From an uncultured Saccharicrinis sp. (GTDB lineage: Bacteria; Bacteroidota; Bacteroidia; Bacteroidales; Marinilabiliaceae), in assembly GCA_963677655.1 (NCBI GenBank), contig OY782089.1: a stretch of 64,000 nt of DNA; one strand, 5' to 3'. Both the position numbers and the translations under genes were made by a program. The notes beneath the pieces are model-generated. The model was not told where the DNA came from. It saw only the letters and a list, made by a program, of their open reading frames with translations, and did no database searches. How positions within the stretch are numbered: position 1 is the stretch's first letter; each line of letters begins with the position of its first letter. This document shows, piece by piece, positions 56,068 to 64,000 of the stretch.

Positions 56068-58923
56068 TTATTCCGATACTATTAAGGCTTTTTTATAGCC
56101 TTTCTCTAATCTGAATTCTATTTGGTTAGGGTTGTTCCTGTTAATATTTCCTACTCTTTCTTTGTAATTCCCTTTATCATCATACAAACGTATTTTTGTT
56201 GGAGTAAAGCCACTTGTAACAGGAATTTTTAACACCACAGGATTATCATTTTCTACAACAATACCTCCCTCATTTTTTACTATTGAAACAGTTGCAGGAA
56301 TATTAACTGCCAAGATTTCCCATTCGTTATATTTTATTTGGTAAATACCCGAGGCAAAAATAAATTCAGGGATTTCATTTCCCTTCTCTAGCCTTACCAC
56401 CGAAAATAATCCCTTTTGGTACATCTCATCATTTGAATTCACATCATCCTCTGATGTAGCCACAAGAATATGATCACTAGTTAATCCATCTGAGTGAGTA
56501 ACTTTTATCGATTGACAAGCTGAGTTTTTGTCAACAGATTTATATTCAACATTTGAAATTGGATTAACACCATTTTCAAAATAAGGATTAAAAACTATAG
56601 CAAACGGATTAATCCATGCCGGTTCATTTCTCCTTAAAATCAAGGTAGGCATTTCCTTACCATAAAGAGATTTAGGAGCAGTTCCTGAACTCTTTGAAAT
56701 GGCATTACTTTTGGGACTCATAGCGGTAAAAACGGTTTGATCAAAACTACCCTTAATCCATAACTTCATCAGGTTATCAGGCTTGTTATCCTCATTAATA
56801 GTAAACAACGCCTTTACATCACCATCTATATTAACAGCCTTTTTATCTGTTAAGTAATCATATGCTTTTAACTGACCGTTTGCAGATGTCAATTCATCCG
56901 TTTCTTTTAGTTGCAATACATTATCTGATTTATCAAAAACCTGAAAAGAATGTCCCAGATTATGATAAAAGTATTCATGCTTTTGAATTTCATCATTCGT
57001 TTTCGACCTGAATACATCCAATATATATGCTTTGCCCGATGATGTATTTACTATGGCAGTAATACGTTGCTGATTAGCTTTTGTCTCTGGTTCCACGAAA
57101 GATACCTTACTATATGAGACCTCCTTAAATGTTGGTCCCTGGTCACCCGATTCAGGGAAATGATTATCGAGACTATATGGATGAAAACTACGCATATTGC
57201 CATAATTCGATTTTCCATTAACCACAACCGTATTATGAGCTGGCATTTTTGAATAATATTCCCTAAAATCAGAACTCCAGTAGCTCCTCCCTCTTCCCAT
57301 ATCAGGAGCATGCACGTAATTATTGGCAAATAATTCCAAAGATATACCATTGGTGTGTGCGTGGTTTCCATATGATCCAACAGTAGAAACCATCGTTGCA
57401 TTATCTCCTCTGCCCATGCGCTGTACAAACATGCTTACATTAGGAGCATAAAAAGTAGGTGTCATCAAACCGGAAGTTTCAAGTTTAAGATCACCATTAA
57501 CCTCCGCTAACTCGTCTTTATAAGTTGTTAACTGAAACAAATTTTTTGTGCTGCGTTTGTACATTCCATTTTCTACATATGGCTTAAGCAGTGAAGTTAT
57601 CAGTTCTTCCTTTTCCTTATTATTGTATTTACTGTAATTGGCAATTAGCAACTCAAAATTTTCGAATGGGATAGTTCCATGACCCGAATCCCCAAATCCT
57701 ACATTGTTTCCGCTTGGAAACAAATACTGAAAACAAGCCAGAGCAGCCTTTTCAATAATTGGAAAATTAGCTAACTCATTGGCATTTGTATAATTATCAA
57801 GCAAGGTCAGAATTTCAAGTAAAGTTGTATTTACATGCATGGAATAAGACGGAGATTCCGGCCAGATCCCGGTTTCCTGATCATATACCAACAGGGCATC
57901 TTTAATGGCTATTTGCCTGGGAGTAGAAACATCAAAAGTATGTTTAAGATAATATTGTTGACCTTTGCCGTTTTCGTATTGTCTATCATCATCAAGTGCC
58001 AAAGCAATATAAGTCAAAAACCTGGCCTGAAACAAATTCCAGTTGTTATCCGGAATTCCAAACTTGATAATTTGATCGCCCCATTTTTGCAAAACGGCAT
58101 GAGTATGTGCAAGATCCTTTTTGTTTTTAGTAAAATAATTATACAAATAATCGTAGGTCAATGCCAAATGAATAACAGCCTGTTCATGAATTACTTCGAA
58201 GGTGGCCAGGCCAGATATAAAACGCTGACTGGATTCATCGATCACTTCCGGTGGGTTGCGATAATACATACCTTCTATATAAGTAAAAAAGACAGGAGTG
58301 GCCAGTTCTGCATATTTTTCCTTACCTGTAAGCCAATACAAAAAGGCTGCATCAGCAGCTATCGAAAGGATATTTCGATTAATCCCTTCGATCATGTGGC
58401 CCATTTTTGATGGATGAACCCATTCTTTTTTACCTGTATCCTTATGCTCAAGATAATATCCTTTAGGATCGTCATAATAAGGTTCAATATCTTCTAACCT
58501 TAACTTATTATAATCGCTTGCCCAATCACGTGTTCCTGAAAAACGAACAGTAGGCACAGGAGCTTCACCATCAGAGTGCGAAAAATTCCCTCCTTTTAGA
58601 TACACATTTGAATGTTTGGTTTTCCAATTCATCTGCAAACGGGAAACCAACCATTCCGGATCCTTTTCGATTAACTTAATATATTTTGCTATATGTTGCT
58701 TTTTCCGATTAACATAATCATTTTTCCAATCTGTATTCTTTAGAGATTCCAGAAATATGTCCTTGGAATGGTTATTATTTAAGATTCGGGGGTGCTTATT
58801 ATTAAAAATTTCTTCAATATTTTGCCCGTTTATGCTTATTTGCATTATGAACAAAATCACTATAGGAAAGACTTTTCTTATAATTTTAAAAAAGAAATAT
58901 TCTGACATTTTCATTGCATCCAT
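56068..58923 (-). CDS. Heparinase II/III-like putative polysaccharide lyase (paralog of 8717..11464)
   Basis: SRLQMNWKTK, NNWNL, WPESPSYS, GNHAHTNG, AHNTVVVNG. The track start 58938 is a TTG, so ATG 58923 is preferred. Confidence 0.65.
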   Translation of the reverse strand: MDAMKMSEYFFFKIIRKVFPIVILFIMQISINGQNIEEIFNNKHPRILNNNHSKDIFLESLKNTDWKNDYVNRKKQHIAKYIKLIEKDPEWLVSRLQMNWKTKHSNVYLKGGNFSHSDGEAPVPTVRFSGTRDWASDYNKLRLEDIEPYYDDPKGYYLEHKDTGKKEWVHPSKMGHMIEGINRNILSIAADAAFLYWLTGKEKYAELATPVFFTYIEGMYYRNPPEVIDESSQRFISGLATFEVIHEQAVIHLALTYDYLYNYFTKNKKDLAHTHAVLQKWGDQIIKFGIPDNNWNLFQARFLTYIALALDDDRQYENGKGQQYYLKHTFDVSTPRQIAIKDALLVYDQETGIWPESPSYSMHVNTTLLEILTLLDNYTNANELANFPIIEKAALACFQYLFPSGNNVGFGDSGHGTIPFENFELLIANYSKYNNKEKEELITSLLKPYVENGMYKRSTKNLFQLTTYKDELAEVNGDLKLETSGLMTPTFYAPNVSMFVQRMGRGDNATMVSTVGSYGNHAHTNGISLELFANNYVHAPDMGRGRSYWSSDFREYYSKMPAHNTVVVNGKSNYGNMRSFHPYSLDNHFPESGDQGPTFKEVSYSKVSFVEPETKANQQRITAIVNTSSGKAYILDVFRSKTNDEIQKHEYFYHNLGHSFQVFDKSDNVLQLKETDELTSANGQLKAYDYLTDKKAVNIDGDVKALFTINEDNKPDNLMKLWIKGSFDQTVFTAMSPKSNAISKSSGTAPKSLYGKEMPTLILRRNEPAWINPFAIVFNPYFENGVNPISNVEYKSVDKNSACQSIKVTHSDGLTSDHILVATSEDDVNSNDEMYQKGLFSVVRLEKGNEIPEFIFASGIYQIKYNEWEILAVNIPATVSIVKNEGGIVVENDNPVVLKIPVTSGFTPTKIRLYDDKGNYKERVGNINRNNPNQIEFRLEKGYKKALIVSE

Positions 58924-58966
58924 ATATTTTATTTTCAAGACTTTAATAATCCATTTTTAGTACAGA

Positions 58967-59032
58967 TAAAAATAGAAAAGAAGAAATGGATGTAATGACA
59001 GACATAATTCAAATTATATGAAATATGTTGCA
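58967..59032 (-). promoter_or_regulatory. Promoter F: TGCAACA (59032-59026), TGAATTA, -7 TATTTTTA (58974-58967)
   Basis: 59-bp spacing; one mismatch in the -7 element; second half-site at 21 bp. Confidence 0.7.
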
Positions 59033-59083
59033 ATGAATAAAAACTTTTGTGGAGAAAAAGGCATAATATCAAATTTCAAAAAC

Positions 59084-59126
59084 AAAAAAAGTCCAAATAA
59101 ACCATCACCAGATTTATTTGGACTTT
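59084..59126 (-). terminator. Intrinsic terminator after GH29
   Basis: Perfect 14-bp IR aaagtccaaataaa / tttatttggacttt, followed by a U-run on the minus strand. Confidence 0.85.
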
Positions 59127-59190
59127 AAAATAAACTAATTTAAAAAAATAAACTCTTCTAAATTCTATAGTAACTTAGAAACTAATGATA

Positions 59191-60561
59191 TTACTTTAAT
59201 TCAATTTTAATCACAGAAACATATGCATCCGGAGCATCTTTAGGTAACTTTAAGCTAAGCTCACCGTTTTCATTTATTACCTCAAGTTTATCTTTTGAAC
59301 CTGCTAATAATGATGCACTTTTAACTTTTGCTGAAGGATTTAATTTTAAAACACCATCTTCAGGCCAGTCAAAAACATGTGCATAAATAACTCCCTCTTT
59401 TGATGTATACCTACCCCACTCTGGTCTGTCGTAAGGACTAGCCTTAGCTGCGTAAATAGACTCTCCATTAGCTTTTGTCCACTTACCCATTTCAGCTAAA
59501 CGCTCTACACTCTCCGGTGGAAATAAACCTTGTGCATCAGGTCCAATATTTAATAAGAAATTACCTCCTTTAGAAACAATATCAACCAGATGCTCAATTA
59601 ACATATCTGAGCTTTTCCAGTTTGTATCAGAGGGCTTATAACCCCATGATCCATTCATTGTCATACATGCTTCCCAATCAGAATCAATACCAGTAGCAGG
59701 AATTTCTTGTTCAGGAGTACCAAAGTCACCTGCAAAGTTTCCTTCTTTATCCATACCTTCCATACCATTACGCCCCTTATCAACACGGTTGTTTACGATA
59801 ACGTTTGGTTTAATACTTCGGATATACGAATAGAAATCTTTACCCATTTCGGTAGTATAATCAGCAATCCAATCTCCATCAAACCATACCACATCTACAT
59901 TATCGTATTTTGTTAATAATTCACCGACCATTGGTTTTAGGTAATTTTTATAATACTCAGGAAATTCAGGATTTACAACAGTCTGGTCTTTTTGACCTGC
60001 ATTGTAATTTGGATAAAGAGGAGCCTGAGCCTGAGGATGATGCCAATCTACAATAGAATGGTACAAACAAAAACGGATACCGCCTCTTTTACAAGCTTCA
60101 GAAAGCTCTTTTACAATATCTTTTTTGTAAGGACAAGCCTCCATTACATCATAATTAGTAATATCTGAATCCCACATACAGAATCCATCATGGTGTTTAG
60201 AAGTAAGCACGATGTATTTCATACCAGCATCCTTAGCCATTTTAACCCATGCATCAGCATCGAACTTTACCGGATTAAATTTTGACGACACTTCGTTTTC
60301 ATAATCCTCGATGGTGTAATCCAATTTATCCATGATCCATTCAGCGCCACCTTTACAGATTTCTCCATTACGCTCTCCTCCAGGAATTGCATATGGTCCC
60401 CAGTGAATAAACATACCAAATCCAGCTTCGCGCCACCATTCCATACGTTCATCATCAGATAATTTAACTACCTCTTTTGTTTCTTTTGCCTTTTGCTTTG
60501 GAGTACATCCTATATTCAGGATAAGTACACTCAGTACGACTAGTTGAAGAATCTTTTTCAT
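59191..60561 (-). CDS. GH29 alpha-L-fucosidase, lipoprotein
   Basis: EAGFGMFIHWG, SKHHDGF, VWFDG, GGNFLLNIGP; lipobox NIGC. Confidence 0.93.
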   Translation of the reverse strand: MKKILQLVVLSVLILNIGCTPKQKAKETKEVVKLSDDERMEWWREAGFGMFIHWGPYAIPGGERNGEICKGGAEWIMDKLDYTIEDYENEVSSKFNPVKFDADAWVKMAKDAGMKYIVLTSKHHDGFCMWDSDITNYDVMEACPYKKDIVKELSEACKRGGIRFCLYHSIVDWHHPQAQAPLYPNYNAGQKDQTVVNPEFPEYYKNYLKPMVGELLTKYDNVDVVWFDGDWIADYTTEMGKDFYSYIRSIKPNVIVNNRVDKGRNGMEGMDKEGNFAGDFGTPEQEIPATGIDSDWEACMTMNGSWGYKPSDTNWKSSDMLIEHLVDIVSKGGNFLLNIGPDAQGLFPPESVERLAEMGKWTKANGESIYAAKASPYDRPEWGRYTSKEGVIYAHVFDWPEDGVLKLNPSAKVKSASLLAGSKDKLEVINENGELSLKLPKDAPDAYVSVIKIELK

Positions 60562-60644
60562 TGTGTATTCTTGTTATTTATTATTCTTTATTGTGTGTTC
60601 CTAAAAAATTGCATTTAGCCAAATGCTGAAGAATAAGCTATTGC

Positions 60645-61373
60645 CTATTTAAGTTTATAAATCTTAAAATTATCTATGGTCATATGGTTATGTACTGTTC
60701 TGAATCCGAAATACCCAGAAGTGTAAGGATCTTTATCAAAGAAATCAAATATTAATTCACCATCACGATAATATTGAATTACTCCATCATAAGCAATAAT
60801 TCTAATTTTCGCTATTTTATTTGGTGTAATCAAATACTTAGTATCAGATAAATCATGTTCAGGCAGTAATGGCTTTTCACCTGTTCCTGTATATCGGCGA
60901 AAACGTGTTTTTGAATTATAATGACCTCCTAATCCAACGTAATACAAGCTCAGGTAATTGTAATTTGTAAAATTCCCTCCTCTTCTTTCTGCATTTTGAA
61001 AAAAATCCTCCGGATATTCAGGATCATTGGCCATCCAAAAACAATTTAAATCAGAAGCCCGGTCTAAAGGGCCATCTGCTTTAATAACATAGGTATCATA
61101 CTCAATCATTACAGGCCCGTCCTGTTTGTGTTTATACCAAACCGTACAGCCTTTGGCATCCTCAATTTCGAGTTTCCCATTTTTATGAAACACCTTTCCA
61201 CCGGGCATTTGCTCCGGACTCCAGTTATCTATTCCATCTTCAAAATCATCACTTGCAATCAAAGTCGCCTTTAAGGTAAGCGTATCGTTTAATACTATTT
61301 TTTTGGACTTTTTAGCCTGAATATTAAAAGCAAAAAGTAAAATAATGACTGATATGGTACTTGTTTTTATCAT
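60645..61373 (-). CDS. DUF6250-like concanavalin A-like secreted protein
   Basis: GCTVWY, SDLNCFWMA, YYVGLGGHYNSKTRFRRY, YTSGYFGFRT. Confidence 0.65.
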   Translation of the reverse strand: MIKTSTISVIILLFAFNIQAKKSKKIVLNDTLTLKATLIASDDFEDGIDNWSPEQMPGGKVFHKNGKLEIEDAKGCTVWYKHKQDGPVMIEYDTYVIKADGPLDRASDLNCFWMANDPEYPEDFFQNAERRGGNFTNYNYLSLYYVGLGGHYNSKTRFRRYTGTGEKPLLPEHDLSDTKYLITPNKIAKIRIIAYDGVIQYYRDGELIFDFFDKDPYTSGYFGFRTVHNHMTIDNFKIYKLK

Positions 61374-61580
61374 GATATTGAATTATATAAATCTTTTTCT
61401 TCTAAATTACATTAAAACTTTAGTAATATGTTCTTGAAATAAAAAACATATTAAATCACTATTTTTTTAGAAGCTGCAAATCACATCCTCATTTTAAGGA
61501 GGAGAGCTTATTCCCGTCACGCATAAAGTCTAACGACTTATAAAACCATAACTTAAAACCCTAAACATTGCTTAGTGCAT

Positions 61581-63020
61581 TTATTTTGAGAAAACAACTG
61601 TACTAATTGATATTGGTTTTAATGTTGCGGCAACTTTTGAATCTCCCAACGCAATTGTAACGGTTTTTTCTTCCTTATCCGGATTATATACCATTACAAC
61701 AGTTCTTCCATCTTTCAACTGAAATGCCAATTGATTTTCACCTTCTGATTTCAAGAAATGGTCTCCTGGCTGAACAAAATGCGAAAGATGCTTAAACAAA
61801 TAAAATTCATCGGTATATGTAACCTCTTTTGTTTTTGAATCCACTATAATCATCGAATTTTGAGGCCATCCCCAGGCACTTTTTCCAGTTTCATCTAAAA
61901 TCATGTTCCAGTACATATATGAGCCTGCCCCATGATTAAAATAATGGATCATCGATTTCCATGATCTATCCAACGATGTCCAGTCATTTTCATGCTCACC
62001 ACATTTGTTCTCAGTTTGCATGAATTTAATGTTTGTATACTCTTTTGAAATTGTAGGAAGAGAGCGCTCTCCATTCCACTGATAACCTACTCCTTTAATA
62101 TACTTTTTAGCATTTTTATTATCCAAAGCATACTTTACATAGCGAGGATCGGGACTATTTACTGTTCCTAACCAAATTTCTGTATCCAAACCATCTTCCT
62201 CAAACTTTGGCCCTAAAAAATCACCAATAAAATATGTCATATCCTCTGTATGCCATGTACACGCTGGCCAGTTGGGTGCATAAAGAATCTCATTTTGAGG
62301 CATAATCATAAACACTGGTGTTCCTGCTTCTTTATATGCCTGAACAAACTTTGAAAAGTACAGCGCATAAGCCTCTAAATATCGGCGTTGCATTTTAAAA
62401 GCTGTTGAGCTAATACGAATAGTTTTTCCTTCGTCCATTTTATTTCCTCCGGTACGACCACCCATATCTCCAGCTCTTAAAGTATAATGCTCATTCACTT
62501 TCATCCAGGCAGGTGGAGTCCATGGTGATCCCCAAAGTTTAAAATCAGGACGGCGTTTAAATGCTTCCTTAATGTAAGGTATCATGATAAAACGGTCGCG
62601 ATCAATATTAAAGTCGCGCATTACAAAATCTTCAGGAACATCATTCATTGAATAGTAACTCAAAGCATAATCACTTGCTCCGATAGGTACTCTACACATT
62701 GAGAAATTACATCCACTTTCATCGAATAAAGCATCGAATACTTTATCTGCTTCTTCTTGTTCAAGAACATTTACAGCAGTCCAGCCCAACTCATTGAAAG
62801 CCCCCCCAATTCCATCAATCACCTGTAATTTTTCATCAACATCAACTACAATATCAGCTTTAGATTCTTCTGAAGTTTTTAATGCTTTTTTCTGCTCTAC
62901 CCATCTTTCTTCCGGAGTAGTATAAATAATTTTTGCTTTTTGAGCATAAGAAACACGCAATCCTACAGTAGCTACTAACAGGAGCAATAATACCCGATGT
63001 TTTAAATTCTTGTTGTTCAT
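61581..63020 (-). CDS. GH30 glycoside hydrolase (beta-xylosidase/glucosylceramidase-like)
   Basis: QVIDGIGGAFNE, RVPIGASDY, WGSPWTPPAWMK, QNE (acid/base), QTE (nucleophile), YMYWNM. Confidence 0.9.
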   Translation of the reverse strand: MNNKNLKHRVLLLLLVATVGLRVSYAQKAKIIYTTPEERWVEQKKALKTSEESKADIVVDVDEKLQVIDGIGGAFNELGWTAVNVLEQEEADKVFDALFDESGCNFSMCRVPIGASDYALSYYSMNDVPEDFVMRDFNIDRDRFIMIPYIKEAFKRRPDFKLWGSPWTPPAWMKVNEHYTLRAGDMGGRTGGNKMDEGKTIRISSTAFKMQRRYLEAYALYFSKFVQAYKEAGTPVFMIMPQNEILYAPNWPACTWHTEDMTYFIGDFLGPKFEEDGLDTEIWLGTVNSPDPRYVKYALDNKNAKKYIKGVGYQWNGERSLPTISKEYTNIKFMQTENKCGEHENDWTSLDRSWKSMIHYFNHGAGSYMYWNMILDETGKSAWGWPQNSMIIVDSKTKEVTYTDEFYLFKHLSHFVQPGDHFLKSEGENQLAFQLKDGRTVVMVYNPDKEEKTVTIALGDSKVAATLKPISISTVVFSK

Positions 63021-63074
63021 CTAATTTTAATTTAAACAGTTTTTAATTCTCTTGTTTCGCTATTACCCACATTA

Positions 63075-63140
63075 CAAAAATAAATTTCGAGGAGATGAAG
63101 TAGTTTTCTGTGCATTTCATTTAATGCAAAAAATGTTGCA
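63075..63140 (-). promoter_or_regulatory. Promoter G: TGCAACA (63140-63134), TGAAATG (63119-63113), -7 TATTTTTG (63082-63075)
   Basis: Exact -7 consensus and 59-bp spacing. The box lies within the palindrome ATGTTGCAACAT. Confidence 0.8.
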
Positions 63141-63184
63141 ACATGGTGAAATGAAGTAAAGAATAATGCACAGCACTCAACACA

Positions 63185-63213
63185 AAGAGGGTGCCTTATT
63201 CAGACACCCTCTT
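63185..63213 (-). terminator. Probable terminator after the SusD-like gene
   Basis: Minus strand AAGAGGGTGTCT-GAATA-AGGCACCCTCTT: a 12-pair stem with a weak U-tract. Confidence 0.6.
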
Positions 63214-63285
63214 CCAAATCTCCTAAAATCAGACATATATTTCTGATTTCAAATCTAAAGGGAACTATAATAAAAAATATAGCTA

Positions 63286-64000
63286 CTAAAGTGTTTCTTC
63301 TTCCTCTTCTGTTGCTGTAACTTCTATAAAATTATCAGGAATTGTTAATGGAAGAAACCAGTTCTCCGGATCGCTCAATTTTGTTTCAACTGTTGCAGCA
63401 GTACCTGCATCACCAGCAGCACTAAATTTAGATGCAACTGCTTTTGCAATAATGCTGGCATCATAAGTACGCATTGAAGCTCTTACCAAGTCATTATATC
63501 TGTTTCCTTCAAAAGCGGTTTCTAAAGCTGCTTCTTCAAGAATAAATGAAGCAACCTGTTTCATAGAGTCCATTTTGGTAAGCGCTGTACTTCCATCAAT
63601 AACTTGAGCAGCCATTCCTACACGGCCTCTGATACCCAGATTACCCCCTATTTGCAGACCGCTTGAATTAACAGTTACATATTCATCCTGTGTAAAATTT
63701 AAAAAATTCTCTACATTACCAGTAAATCTAGGAGCTCCTGGTGTTACCGCATCATCAAATACTCCTTTATTAATTATTGCCAATGCATGTGCTGGATAAC
63801 CTGCTGCATTGATAGCTTCAGCTAACTTTAAATACACATGGGAAGCCCTCATAAACATGAAATATTCGTACCTGTATTTTGCTATCCTGGCTTCTTCACC
63901 CTCTCCTGTATATGAACCTTCTATTCTATTATCTCCTTGTTCATAAGCCAAATCATCGTAATATTTATATTGTATGTCCCAATTGGACATTGCAGCAGCA
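63286..64000 (-). CDS. RagB/SusD-family outer-membrane glycan-binding lipoprotein, C-terminal part (5' end outside the window)
   Basis: MRASHVYLKLAEA and ILEEAALETAFEGNRYNDLVR SusD C-terminal signatures; frame open to position 64000. Confidence 0.8.
   Translation of the reverse strand, partial: AAAMSNWDIQYKYYDDLAYEQGDNRIEGSYTGEGEEARIAKYRYEYFMFMRASHVYLKLAEAINAAGYPAHALAIINKGVFDDAVTPGAPRFTGNVENFLNFTQDEYVTVNSSGLQIGGNLGIRGRVGMAAQVIDGSTALTKMDSMKQVASFILEEAALETAFEGNRYNDLVRASMRTYDASIIAKAVASKFSAAGDAGTAATVETKLSDPENWFLPLTIPDNFIEVTATEEEEETL

Noticed and set aside
61425-61452. AATATGTT-N12-AACATATT inverted repeat as a Cur-like operator
   Set aside because: The spacer is far too long and the repeat is AT-rich, so it is plausibly chance.
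61535-61575. Loose heptamer-like periodicity (ataaaac/cataact/taaaacc/ctaaaca)
   Set aside because: Too degenerate and low-complexity to support a repeat call.
63133-63144. ATGTTGCAACAT as a Cur (BT4338)-type site
   Set aside because: The half-site spacer is 2 nt rather than the 4 nt of the TATGTTnTAnAACATA consensus as I recall it, and the other copies are not palindromic.
1-64000. rRNA, tRNA, integrase, transposase or defence genes, and frameshifted pseudogenes
   Set aside because: None was recognised. All long ORFs appear intact apart from the two window-edge truncations.

Overview
The window is the interior of a very large Bacteroidota polysaccharide utilization locus (PUL). It is AT-rich and holds 34 co-oriented minus-strand CDSs. 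It is cut at both edges: a SusD-like 3' end on the right and a sulfatase lacking its 3' end on the left. Recognisable enzymes are 8 Cys-type S1 sulfatases, 3 GH29 and 1 GH95 fucosidases, GH31, GH39, GH30, GH43 and GH172/DUF2961. Less certain proteins are four heparinase II/III-like putative lyases, three right-handed beta-helix proteins (one PL43-like), three unassigned beta-propellers, two ConA-like DUF proteins, one T9SS-secreted multimodular GH30-like protein and two orphans. There is one membrane-spanning beta-propeller/AraC regulator with no kinase or receiver domain. The inventory suggests a sulfated, fucose/xylose/uronate-containing algal-type glycan (inference). The strongest sequence-level discovery is a promoter architecture, TGCAACA-N14-TGAAATN-N30-TAnnTTTG, at five operon starts with identical 59-bp spacing, plus a sixth inverted copy. 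It usually sits just downstream of an intrinsic terminator and is probably the regulon of the kinase-less regulator. A 540-bp intergenic region holds degenerate REP-like repeats, and one hairpin is flanked by a 9-bp direct repeat. I saw no rRNA, tRNA, CRISPR array, transposase or integrase. Family and subfamily labels come from motif recognition, not database searches.
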